Below, in pieces: positions 20,565-30,778 of a stretch of DNA of 64,000 bases. Location: contig CAVPKM010000017.1 of the NCBI GenBank assembly GCA_963705725.1, forward strand, positions 96,001 through 160,000. Reading direction: 5' to 3'. The stretch is from an uncultured Gammaproteobacteria bacterium. Lineage in GTDB: Bacteria > Pseudomonadota > Gammaproteobacteria > UBA6002. Every line of letters begins with the position of its first letter. The first letter of the stretch is position 1. The notes under the pieces are model-generated. The model was not told where the DNA came from and did no database searches. It saw only the letters and a list, made by a program, of their open reading frames with translations. The translations under genes were made by a program, and so were the position numbers.

Positions 20565-23198
20565 ATGTTGAGTTTGAATAGCTTTGATACCCTAAAAAAA
20601 TTCTCTGTAGAAGGAAGCGACTATTATTATTACAGTTTGGCTTCGCTTCAAGAAAAATTTCCAAATATTGCAAGGCTGCCTTTCTCGCTCAAAGTTTTAC
20701 TGGAAAATTTATTACGATTTGAAGAGGGTTCTCGGGTAACAAAGGAGAATATTTCAACGTTAGCGAATTGGGGAAAATCTTCAGCAGGATTTCATGAAAT
20801 TGCTTTTCACCCAGCACGCATATTAATGCAAGATTTTACAGGGGTGCCTGCCATTGTTGACCTTGCTGCAATGCGTGAAGCAATTCATAATTTGGAAGGG
20901 GATCCAGATAAAGTGAATCCCCTCACACCCGTTGATTTAGTGATCGATCACTCCGTTCAAGTGGATTATTTTGGCAATGACCAGGCTTTTGAAAAAAATG
21001 TTAATTATGAGATGGCGAGAAATAATGAACGCTATGCTTTCTTGCGTTGGGGACAGGCAGCGTTTAAAAATTTTCGAGTGGTTCCTCCAGGAACAGGAAT
21101 ATGTCACCAAGTCAATTTAGAATATCTCGCTAAAGGAGTTTGGGTGAATGAGGAAGGAGAAAAACGTTTTGCCTATCCTGATACCTTGTTAGGAACCGAT
21201 AGTCATACCACCATGATTAACGGTTTAGGTGTGCTTGGTTGGGGAGTGGGCGGAATTGAAGCGGAAGCCGCGATGCTCGGTCAACCGTTTTCAATGCTCA
21301 TACCAGAAGTGATAGGTTTTAAATTAGTCGGAAAATTATCCAAGGGAACGACTGCCACAGATTTAGTGCTAACTGTCACGCAGATGCTAAGAGCAAGAGG
21401 AGTAGTGGGGAAATTTGTAGAGTTTTATGGTTCAGGATTAAAAGAATTAATGTTACCTGATCGCGCCACGGTGGCAAATATGGCGCCGGAATATGGAGCA
21501 ACATGTGGCTTTTTTCCCATCGACCAAATCACTTTAGATTATTTGCGATTGACCGGAAGAGATGAACATACATTAAAATTAGTCGAAGCTTATACCAAGG
21601 AGCAAGGCTTATGGCTGAATGAAGAATTAAATGAAGTAAATTATACCGACAGCCTTTACCTTGATCTAGAAAGTGTTGAACCCAGCTTAGCGGGTCCTAA
21701 GCGCCCGCAAGATAGAGTCAAATTGATCGACATGCCAAATACTGTCTCGCTTGCTTTATCGCAATATACTCCTTCTTCAGTTAAGCCAGTAAATGAATTA
21801 AATCATGGTGATGTAGTGATTGCTGCTATCACAAGCTGCACTAATACTTCTAATCCCAGTGTGTTAATGGCAGCAGGGCTACTTGCTAAAAAAGCCATTG
21901 AAAAAGGATTAAAACGAAAACCTTGGGTTAAATCTTCACTTGCCCCTGGCTCTAAAGTCGTCACCTCCTACTTGGAAAAAGCTAAGCTACAACCTTATCT
22001 GGATGAGCTAGGTTTTAACCTTGTCGGTTATGGCTGTACCACTTGTATTGGGAATTCGGGACCGCTTCCTGAAGAAATTGCAGCAAAAATTGAAGCCGAT
22101 AATTTATGGGTGTGTGCAGTGCTTTCAGGCAATCGAAATTTTGAAGGCCGTATTCATCCCCAAGTTAAAGCGAATTGGCTTGCTTCTCCTCCATTGGTCG
22201 TCGCCTACGCCTTAGCTGGAACCACCCGCATTAATCTGTTGGAAGACCCTTTAGGCCTAAATGAAAGGGATGAAAAAATTTTCTTGCGCGATATTTGGCC
22301 AACACCAGAAGAAATTCAACATGAAGTCAATAAAATTGATGTTGAGATGTTTAAAACGCAATATGCAGATGTATTTCATGGAGATAAAGCCTGGCGCGAT
22401 TTACCGATAGAACAAAATAAAACCTATCATTGGGACATCAATTCTACTTATATTCAGCACCCGCCTTATTTTACGCAGAATAACGATTCCCATGTAATCG
22501 AAAATGCTCGCATATTGGCCTTATTCGGTGACAGTATCACCACTGATCATATCTCCCCTGCAGGTGCAATCAAGCCAGAGAGTCCGGCAGGGAAATTTTT
22601 ACTAGAAAAAGGCGTTAACATTCCTGATTTTAATTCTTATGGTTCAAGGAGGGGCAATCATGAAATTATGATGCGAGGCACTTTCGCCAATATTCGAATT
22701 AAGAATGAAATGTTAAATGGAATAGAAGGAGGATTGACTCTCTACCTACCAACGGAAGAAATATTACCCATTTACGATGCTGCGATGCGTTATTGTGCCG
22801 ATGAAACCCCACTTGTTGTTATTGCTGGACAAGAATATGGAACGGGTTCTTCTAGAGATTGGGCAGCAAAAGGGACTCGCCTGCTGGGTATTAAGGCAGT
22901 CATTGCTGAAAGCTTTGAACGTATTCATCGTTCAAATTTGATTGGAATGGGCGTGCTTCCGCTTGAATTTATAGCCAATCAAAATCGCAAAACTTTAGGA
23001 TTCAAAGGTCATGAAATAATCAGCATACAACAAATTGAAAAATTCAGTCCAAGACAAGTTTTGCAAATGAGAATTAAGGATGAGAGAGGGGAAAGAACAA
23101 TCGAGGTAATGTCAAGACTCGATACCCAAGAGGAGATTGCTTACTATCAAAGCGGTGGTATTTTGCGGCATGTTTTAAAGAGTCTATCAATAAAATAA
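20565..23198 (+). CDS. acnA: Aconitate hydratase A
   Basis: QDFTGVPAIVDLA, DHSVQVD, SCTNTSNP, GCTTCIGNSG; GAGGAG RBS before ATG 20565. Confidence 0.96.
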   Translation: MLSLNSFDTLKKFSVEGSDYYYYSLASLQEKFPNIARLPFSLKVLLENLLRFEEGSRVTKENISTLANWGKSSAGFHEIAFHPARILMQDFTGVPAIVDLAAMREAIHNLEGDPDKVNPLTPVDLVIDHSVQVDYFGNDQAFEKNVNYEMARNNERYAFLRWGQAAFKNFRVVPPGTGICHQVNLEYLAKGVWVNEEGEKRFAYPDTLLGTDSHTTMINGLGVLGWGVGGIEAEAAMLGQPFSMLIPEVIGFKLVGKLSKGTTATDLVLTVTQMLRARGVVGKFVEFYGSGLKELMLPDRATVANMAPEYGATCGFFPIDQITLDYLRLTGRDEHTLKLVEAYTKEQGLWLNEELNEVNYTDSLYLDLESVEPSLAGPKRPQDRVKLIDMPNTVSLALSQYTPSSVKPVNELNHGDVVIAAITSCTNTSNPSVLMAAGLLAKKAIEKGLKRKPWVKSSLAPGSKVVTSYLEKAKLQPYLDELGFNLVGYGCTTCIGNSGPLPEEIAAKIEADNLWVCAVLSGNRNFEGRIHPQVKANWLASPPLVVAYALAGTTRINLLEDPLGLNERDEKIFLRDIWPTPEEIQHEVNKIDVEMFKTQYADVFHGDKAWRDLPIEQNKTYHWDINSTYIQHPPYFTQNNDSHVIENARILALFGDSITTDHISPAGAIKPESPAGKFLLEKGVNIPDFNSYGSRRGNHEIMMRGTFANIRIKNEMLNGIEGGLTLYLPTEEILPIYDAAMRYCADETPLVVIAGQEYGTGSSRDWAAKGTRLLGIKAVIAESFERIHRSNLIGMGVLPLEFIANQNRKTLGFKGHEIISIQQIEKFSPRQVLQMRIKDERGERTIEVMSRLDTQEEIAYYQSGGILRHVLKSLSIK

Positions 23199-23231
23199 TG
23201 TAACTGCACAAATGCTAGAAGTCGCTAAACG

Positions 23232-24839
23232 TTACATGTCGACATAATTGGGTCCATCTCCGCCCTCAGGCGGGACCCAATTAATATTTTGCATAGGATC
23301 TTTAATATCGCAAGTTTTACAGTGAACACAATTTGAAGCATTGATTTGAAGCTGGGGCGTATTCTCTAGGTAAACAATTTCATAAACATTTGCAGGACAG
23401 TAACGCCCCTCTGGAAAGTCATATTTTTTTAAGTTAATTTCAATTGGAATTTTTGAATCTTTTATTTGTAGATGGCAAGGTTGCGGTTCATTATAGTGAG
23501 TGTTGGCCAAATATACCGAAGATAATTTATCAAAAGTGACCTTATTATCCGGTTTTGGATAGGCAATAGGCTTGCAATTTTTTGCGAGCTTCAAGGTAAG
23601 GTGATCGCATAGATTATTAAATGTCCAAGGCGCACGACCATGCAACAAGTACAGGTCAAATGCAGTATAAAGTAATCCTCCCCATAAGCCGCGCTTGAAG
23701 CTTGGCCTAACGTTCCTGGCTCGATACAGTTCCTTCCCTACCCAGCTTTTTTTCAATATCGTTTCAAATTCAGTTAAATTTTTTTCAAGATTATTTCGAT
23801 TTTGATAAATGGTTTCAGCAGCTAGCATTCCTGATTTCATTGCAGTATGGGTGCCTTTAATTTTGGGAACATTTAACGTGCCTGCACTATCGCCGATAAT
23901 CATGGCACCAGGCACAGTTAATGTAGGCAGTGATTGCCACCCACCTTCTGAAAGGGCCCGAGCACCGTAACAAGTTCTTCTCCCATTTTCAAATAAGTGA
24001 GAGTGAGATGGATGAGTTTTAAAACGTTGAAATTCTTCAAAAGGATCGAGGTAAGGATTGGTATAATCAAGACCCATGATAAAACCAACGGCAAGTTGTT
24101 GGTTAGCGCTGTGATAGATAAAGCCACCACCATAAGTGTGCGAATCGAGCGGCCAGCCAACAGTATGTACCACTCTTCCAAGCTGATGGTGTTTAGCAGG
24201 TATTTCCCAAAGTTCTTTAATGCCAATTCCATAGGTTTGTGGCGAGCGGCCCTTGCCCTTGTCTAATTTGTGCTTATGAATAAGTTGTTTAGTGAGCGAA
24301 CCTCGGCAACCCTCAGCAAGGAGGGTTTGTTTAGCGAGCAGGCGAACGCCTTTATCTTCACCCTTGCATCCTGTTTGCACGCCAATGACTTTTTCACCTT
24401 CATAAAGGAGCGCGCTACCCGCAAACCCTGTGAAAATAGTCGTGTTCAATTCTTCTGCTTGTTTGGCTAGCCATCGACAGAAATTATCGATGCTGATAAT
24501 CTCATTGCCTTTATTTTTCATTAGTAGAGGTATGGGTAAGCTAAAGGCTTGATTGGAAGAGAGATAATAAAAAACGTCTTCTGTAACTGGAGTGCTAAGC
24601 GGTGCATCCAGAGATTGCCAGTTTGGCAACAGCTCTAGCAATGCTTTGAGTTCTAAGACCGCACCCGATAACAAGTGCGACCCCACCTCAGCGCCTTTTT
24701 CCAAAACACAGATGGAAAGCGGCGCTGGATCATCTTTTGATAATTGCGCTAGGCGTATTGCAGCAGAAAGACCAGCAGGTCCTGCACCAATAATTAAAAT
24801 ATCAAAGTTCATTTCTTCCTGGGCTTGGCCCTGTCCCAC
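23232..24839 (-). CDS. ETF-ubiquinone oxidoreductase
   Basis: GAGPAG FAD motif, KIKGTHTAMKSG, CPANVYE...NCVHCKTCDIKDP; likely GTG start at 24839 after AAGGAGG. Confidence 0.93.
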   Translation of the reverse strand: MGQGQAQEEMNFDILIIGAGPAGLSAAIRLAQLSKDDPAPLSICVLEKGAEVGSHLLSGAVLELKALLELLPNWQSLDAPLSTPVTEDVFYYLSSNQAFSLPIPLLMKNKGNEIISIDNFCRWLAKQAEELNTTIFTGFAGSALLYEGEKVIGVQTGCKGEDKGVRLLAKQTLLAEGCRGSLTKQLIHKHKLDKGKGRSPQTYGIGIKELWEIPAKHHQLGRVVHTVGWPLDSHTYGGGFIYHSANQQLAVGFIMGLDYTNPYLDPFEEFQRFKTHPSHSHLFENGRRTCYGARALSEGGWQSLPTLTVPGAMIIGDSAGTLNVPKIKGTHTAMKSGMLAAETIYQNRNNLEKNLTEFETILKKSWVGKELYRARNVRPSFKRGLWGGLLYTAFDLYLLHGRAPWTFNNLCDHLTLKLAKNCKPIAYPKPDNKVTFDKLSSVYLANTHYNEPQPCHLQIKDSKIPIEINLKKYDFPEGRYCPANVYEIVYLENTPQLQINASNCVHCKTCDIKDPMQNINWVPPEGGDGPNYVDM

Positions 24840-26298
24840 TGGGTGATCCTCCTTGACTCGCATTAGTAAAAGTTCCACCGCCTCTAGTAGGAGTGGAGGG
24901 GGGCGATGGTGATGTCCATTTAAAGAAACTAGTTAATGCATCACTTACTCCTACAGCAGTATCATCAATATAGGCCTTTGCGTTGTCAGCAAGCGTTGCA
25001 GAGTTAGTTTCCATATTCCTGATCCTCTCTGCAAGTTGCGTCCTTTCATCATCAGGTTTTGCCTTGATAACTCGCCAAATTAACTGACCTTGATCGCCAT
25101 CAATTGAGGGTATCATGTCACAAGGCCTGCGAGCTACCTTCAGTTTCTCCCAGAAACTTAGACCAAATACTGGGATAAATATTCGTGCGATATAGGTAAG
25201 AACAGCATCAAACTGGCAGTATTTTGCTTCCCAACTATAGCTCTCCTTTTTTAATTTTTCATTTTCACACATCAACTGCCTAACCCCCAATTTCAATTTT
25301 CGATTTACCTCTAGAATCTCATCCATTGAAACTTCCTTAATAACTGCTTCTCCTGGTGTTGCCTTGTTGGCTAAGGGTTTCAGCGCTCTAAGTTCGGCTG
25401 CCGCTTGGTTATAGTTGTTTTCTGCTTGACGAAGTTTAAATTGATACTCGTTACGCTCACGAGTCAGCGTGGTAATATTTCTTTCTGCTTTTTGCAAATT
25501 ATCTTGAGATGTGGCGAGCTGCCTACTCAGTTCTTGTTTGCTTTTAGAGGCAGCTGCTTCAGTTTGTTGTAATTTTTGAGTTAGATCTGTATTTGATCTT
25601 TTAATTGTGACAAGCTCAGTCTGAAATTGTTGGTTGTGTGTTGTTAAATTTAAGTTTTCGTTTTTCAAATTTTCAATTTCAGCTTCTCTTCTCAAGCCTT
25701 CTTGTTTTAATTCTTCATTAGTGTTTAAAATTTGCTGACTTTCTTGTGAGGAGAGGGTTAAAGCAGTGCTTTGTTGAGCTAAATTCTTTTGTAAATTAGA
25801 TAATTGTTTTTCTAATTCTTTGATTTTGTCATCTTTTTTTCCAATTTTCCCTTTCATTTTATTACGTTTTCGTTGCGCTTTCAGCTGTTTCTCTGTCATT
25901 TGATACACAGCTCGGTCATATCGAGATTCAACTTGCTCCTGAACGATCGCCAATTTACCATTGTAGTTATAATGATCAGAAGCAATTCTACAGAGTTGAT
26001 ACAAATAACTTTTTTTTCTATTCCACAACCCTCGCTTAGAAAGTTTTGATAAGTCATCTAAGAATGGAAGCAGCATAAAGACTGCATCAGGAGCGCGAGA
26101 AGTTTTAACATCAGCAATTTTATTTTTTAATAAGCTAGCATAATCTTTATGGGATTGAGACTTATGTCGATTCAAATGAATATAATAATCCAGGCGTTCT
26201 TCAAGCTGATCTAGCCAGTTTGACTCTAAGCTCCAGCGTATTTCTTCATTATCTTTGACTTTACGAACCATGCTATAAGAAGGAAGGTGTTCTTTCAT
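24802..26298 (-). CDS. Long coiled-coil hypothetical, effector-like
   Basis: Extended Q/E/K/L-rich heptad region; Ser/Pro/Gly tail; ATG 26298 preceded by GAGG. Confidence 0.7.
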   Translation of the reverse strand: MKEHLPSYSMVRKVKDNEEIRWSLESNWLDQLEERLDYYIHLNRHKSQSHKDYASLLKNKIADVKTSRAPDAVFMLLPFLDDLSKLSKRGLWNRKKSYLYQLCRIASDHYNYNGKLAIVQEQVESRYDRAVYQMTEKQLKAQRKRNKMKGKIGKKDDKIKELEKQLSNLQKNLAQQSTALTLSSQESQQILNTNEELKQEGLRREAEIENLKNENLNLTTHNQQFQTELVTIKRSNTDLTQKLQQTEAAASKSKQELSRQLATSQDNLQKAERNITTLTRERNEYQFKLRQAENNYNQAAAELRALKPLANKATPGEAVIKEVSMDEILEVNRKLKLGVRQLMCENEKLKKESYSWEAKYCQFDAVLTYIARIFIPVFGLSFWEKLKVARRPCDMIPSIDGDQGQLIWRVIKAKPDDERTQLAERIRNMETNSATLADNAKAYIDDTAVGVSDALTSFFKWTSPSPPSTPTRGGGTFTNASQGGSPSGTGPSPGRNEL

Positions 26299-26458
26299 AT
26301 TATTTGTTTCCTCGTGCTTGTGAAAAAAACGTGAGGTATAGAACCGGTGACGGCGCATTGTAAAACAAGTCAGGGTTTTTTTACAGGGTTTTTTGATGGT
26401 TTATTGTATTTGAATTGAATTGCACTATCCTTGCTATATTCATCACCGGGAAGCAAAA

Positions 26459-27211
26459 ATGGAAAAAATTTTGGTTTGTATTAAGCGAGTGATTGATTTT
26501 AATATAAAAATACGGGTTAAGTCCGATCGGTCTGGTGTTGAAACTTCTCATGTAAGGATGTCAATCAATCCTTTCGATGAAATTGCTTTAGAACAAGCGA
26601 TTCGGCTCAAAGAGCAGGGAGGAGCTAAGGAGTTAGTTGCGACATCAATTGGGCCAGAAGGTTGCAAGGAGGGACTTCGATCCGCATTGGCAATGGGCAT
26701 GGATAGGGCTATTCATCTGAAAACGGATTGCTGTTATGAACCCATTAATATTGCAAAAATACTTGAACATCTGGTTGCAGTTGAAAGACCAGATTTAATT
26801 ATTATGGGTAAGCAAGCCATTGATGATGATTGCAATCAAACAGCTCAAATTCTTGCAGCAAGATTGGATTGGCCGCAAGCGACTTTTGCTTCACAAGTGC
26901 AACTTGAGGATCAAACAATACGTGTGACCAGAGAAGTAGATGGGGGATTGGAAACTTTAGCGCTACTCTTGCCTGCGGTTATTACCACAGACCTAAGATT
27001 GAATAAACCGCGTTTTATTTCTCTGCCCAATATCATGCGGGCAAAAAAAATGAATATTGACCAGTTAGCAGTCGACACGCTCCAACTTGATCTCAAGCCA
27101 CATCTCACGGTTAAAGAAGTCAATCCTCCAAGTAAAAAAAACCCCGGATTAATTGTCAACAGCGTCGCAGAATTAGTCACCAAGCTGCATATAGAGGCGA
27201 GGGTGATTTAA
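26459..27211 (+). CDS. etfB: Electron transfer flavoprotein beta subunit
   Basis: INPFDEIALE, GKQAIDDD, REVDGG, DLRLNKPR. Confidence 0.95.
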   Translation: MEKILVCIKRVIDFNIKIRVKSDRSGVETSHVRMSINPFDEIALEQAIRLKEQGGAKELVATSIGPEGCKEGLRSALAMGMDRAIHLKTDCCYEPINIAKILEHLVAVERPDLIIMGKQAIDDDCNQTAQILAARLDWPQATFASQVQLEDQTIRVTREVDGGLETLALLLPAVITTDLRLNKPRFISLPNIMRAKKMNIDQLAVDTLQLDLKPHLTVKEVNPPSKKNPGLIVNSVAELVTKLHIEARVI

Positions 27212-28161
27212 TGGGCATACTCGTCATTGCAGAACATGATAATAATGAGCTATCCCATACCACGCTTTCTACGCTTTCTGCAGGGCGCTTGCTTGAATCT
27301 CAAGTGGTGATCTTAGTGTTGGGCTATCAATGCCAACTCGTTGCGGATCAGGCAGCAAAGTTTTGTGGGGTAGAAACAGTAATGTTGATCGATGATCGTA
27401 GCTATGAACATCAGCTGGCTGAAAATTCGGCAAAAGTCATTGCCAAGATCGCAAAGGATTTTACTCATATATTAGCACCGGCTAGCACATTTGGTAAAAA
27501 TCTCCTTCCCCGGGTGGCTGGCTTATTATCGCTTAGCCAAATTTCTGATGTGGTACGTATTATTGATCAGGAAACTTTCATTCGGCCAATTTATGCAGGT
27601 AATGCGCTGGAAACTGTTCAATCGCTTGATCCAATCAAACTCATTACAGTCAGAAGCAGCTGCTTTGAAGCAGCCAAGCAGGGTACAGGTAAAGCGTCCA
27701 TTAAAAAAGAATCGATTCGATTTGAAAATAACAGTACTACTTTCATTTCCAAACAAGAAAATAAAAGTGATCGCCCTTTGCTAACCGCTGCAAAAATAGT
27801 GATTTCCGGAGGGCGCGGACTACAAAGTGCTGAAAATTTTAAACTCCTTACCCAATTGGCAGATCAATTAGGTGCAGCGATCGGCGCTTCGAGAGCGGCA
27901 GTCGATGCAGGCTTTATTCCAAATGATTATCAGGTTGGACAAACGGGAAAAATTGTTGCGCCCGATTTATATATTGCCATCGGAATTTCAGGCGCGATTC
28001 AGCATATTGCAGGAATGAAGGAAAGTAAGGTGATTGTTGCAATCAATAAAGATCCTGACGCACCCATATTTAGCGTAGCAGACTATGGGTTGGTCGGGGA
28101 TTTCAAACAAATTTTACCAGAATTATCTCAGGCTCTGAGTCAATTAGGATATGGTGTGTAA
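27211..28161 (+). CDS. etfA: Electron transfer flavoprotein alpha subunit
   Basis: RPIYAGNA, SGGRG, QVGQTGK, GISGAIQH, AINKD. Confidence 0.96.
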   Translation: MGILVIAEHDNNELSHTTLSTLSAGRLLESQVVILVLGYQCQLVADQAAKFCGVETVMLIDDRSYEHQLAENSAKVIAKIAKDFTHILAPASTFGKNLLPRVAGLLSLSQISDVVRIIDQETFIRPIYAGNALETVQSLDPIKLITVRSSCFEAAKQGTGKASIKKESIRFENNSTTFISKQENKSDRPLLTAAKIVISGGRGLQSAENFKLLTQLADQLGAAIGASRAAVDAGFIPNDYQVGQTGKIVAPDLYIAIGISGAIQHIAGMKESKVIVAINKDPDAPIFSVADYGLVGDFKQILPELSQALSQLGYGV

Positions 28162-28171
28162 GGACGAAGCA

Positions 28172-29287
28172 ATGATCATTGGCATTCCAAAAGAAATTAA
28201 AAAAGGAGAACACCGAGTAGGAATGACTCCGCAGAGCGTTAAGGAATTAGTGAAAAGAGGGCATGAAATCATTATCGAAAATCAGGCAGGTTGCGGTATT
28301 GGCTTTAACAACGAGGCTTATTTATTTGAGAATAAAGTGACCGTAGTGGATTTTGCAGAAGAAGTTTATCAGAGCGCGGAGATGATTGTTAAAGTAAAAG
28401 AACCCCAACCCAGTGAATATTGGCTTTTGCGTGAAGGCCAAATATTATTTGCCTACCTTCATCTGGCGCCTGATCATCAACAAGCTCGAGCGCTAATCGA
28501 ATCTGGCTGCATTGCAATTGCCTATGAAACAGTAACAGATAAGCAAGGTGGTCTTCCCCTTTTAACACCCATGAGCGAAGTGGCAGGCAGACTTTCTATT
28601 CAAGCTGGGGCCTATTGTTTGCAAAAAAATATAGGGGGCAAGGGAATTTTACTGGGTGGTGTGGCAGGGGTAAATCGTGCTAATGTAGCGGTAATTGGAG
28701 GGGGAGTAGTGGGAACTAATGCACTGCGAATTGCGCTTGGCCAAGAAGCACACGTCACCCGTACTTGACAAATCTTTAGCAAGATTACGGGATCTTGATC
28801 AGCAGTTTGGATCAGGTTTAACGACTATCTTTGCGACACAAAGTTCAATTGATGAACATGTACAGCAAGCCGATTTAGTCATTGGAGCAGTGTTAGTGCC
28901 CGGAGCTTCAACACCAAAATTGGTTACCCGTAAGCTGTTAAAAAAGATGCAACCAGGTTCCGTTATTGTGGATGTGTCGATCGATCAAGGTGGATGTTTT
29001 GAAACCAGTCGTCCGACCTCGTTTGATTGCCCGACCTATCTCGTAGATGACATTGTTCACTATTGTGTTTCAAACATGCCAGGTGCAGTACCGAGAACGG
29101 CAACCTTTGCTTTGAATAATGCTACCTGCCCTTCATCATTGAAATTGCAGATTTAGGCTGTCAACAAGCTTTAAAGCAGGATGTCCATTTGCGTAATGGA
29201 TTAAATATTTATCAAGGGCGAGTGACTCATCAGGTTGTGGCAAGAGACCTAGGTGAAGATTTTTATTCACCAGAAGAATTGTTTTAA
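28172..29287 (+). pseudogene. ald: Alanine dehydrogenase, split by two single-base frameshifts (possibly assembly errors)
   Basis: IGIPKEIK, PMSEVAGR, DQGGCFETS, NMPGAVP; extra C near 28760, missing C near 29126; homology continues to TAA 29285-29287. Confidence 0.9.
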
Positions 29288-29315
29288 GAAATGAATTTAT
29301 TGTAAAGGGGCTACC

Positions 29316-30693
29316 ATGTTAGATTGCTATGTAACTCAAGGGGACAAGGTCATCCCAATTCAAACCATTATCACCAAAGAATTTGATCGCTGGTTAAAAA
29401 AACAGCCAAATACGGTTAAGAATTGGGTAAATGTAACAAATTTTTCTGCTAAACCAGGAACGGTTTGTTACCTTGGTGATCAACATGGCGATGTACAAAC
29501 TATTTTGCTGGGAATTAATGATAGAGAAGACGTTTGGTCATTAGGTTACCTTCCCACTATATTAAAAGCAGGCATTTATAGTATTGATGATCAATTTCCT
29601 GCTGAATTACAAGAATTAGCAGCGGTTGCTTGGGGACTTGGACACTATAGTTTTTGCTGCTATCGTGCTAATCCCACTAACTATGAAGCTAAGTTATTGC
29701 TTCCTGCAATTGTGATTATCCCCATCTTGAAAATACAGTAAAGGCCACTTATTTAATTAGAGATTTAATCAACATTCCTACAGAAGATCTAGGACCTGCA
29801 CAACTTGCAGATGAAGCCAGCGTGCTTGCCGAAGAATTTGGCGCTAAAATTCGTTTAATTATTGGCGATGATTTATTAAAAAAAGGGTTTCCGGCTATTC
29901 ATGCAGTGGGACGAGCTAGTACCAATGCCCCTCGGCTCATCGAATTACAATGGGGTAAAAAATTGATCCTCATATCGCTTTAATTGGAAAAGGCGTGTGT
30001 TTTGATACCGGTGGACTAGATATTAAAACTTCATTAACGATGCGTTTCATGAAAAAAGACATGGCGGGTGGAGCGCATGTGTTAGGACTAGCTAGAATGA
30101 TTATGGCGGCGAATCTTCCTTTGCAACTTCGCGTTCTGATTCCAGCGGTTGAAAATTCTGTTTCCGGCTCGGCGATTAGACCTGGTGACATTATTCAAAT
30201 GCGAAACGGGTTGTTTGTAGAGGTAACGAACACCGATGCTGAAGGTAGATTAATTTTAGCCGATGCGCTCACTGAAGCGGCAAGTCAGGAACCCGACCTT
30301 ATCATCGATATTGCGACATTAACTGGGGCAGCAAGGGTGGCATTGGGTCCAGAACCTGGAGCAATTTTCACAGATTGCGATGAGATAGCAAAGGGAGTGC
30401 TGGAATGTGCAACAAAAGAACAAGATCCGCTTTGGCGATTACCCATCTATAAACCTTACAGAAATTTATTAGAAAGCACGGTAGCGGATATTGTCAATGC
30501 TGATCTTGATTCAGTAGGCGGTGGTGCAATTATGGCTGCATTATTTCTTAATGAATTTGTACCTCATCCCATCAAGTGGCTCCATCTTGATATCATGGCT
30601 TACAATTTGAAATACAAGCCTTCTCGGCCAATTGGTGGTGAAGCAATGGGACTAAGAGCACTCTTCCGGTACCTAAAACTGAACTATTGTTAG
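29316..30693 (+). pseudogene. M17 leucyl aminopeptidase (PepB-like), split by two single-base frameshifts
   Basis: GKGVCFDTGG, MKKDMAG, NTDAEGRL, ATLTGA; missing A near 29708 and in the A-run near 29960. Confidence 0.88.
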
Positions 30694-30778
30694 CGTCTGC
30701 GAATTTCGCAGAATTTAGGATTTTTTCCTTGAGCATATGCTATGTTATTACTATGGCTTGAAATGAATTCAAGGAAAA

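Noticed and set aside
24848-24859. cctccttgactc matching the lpxB downstream sequence
   Set aside because: Only 12 bp, opposite orientation, and it includes the ETF-QO Shine-Dalgarno; chance is plausible.
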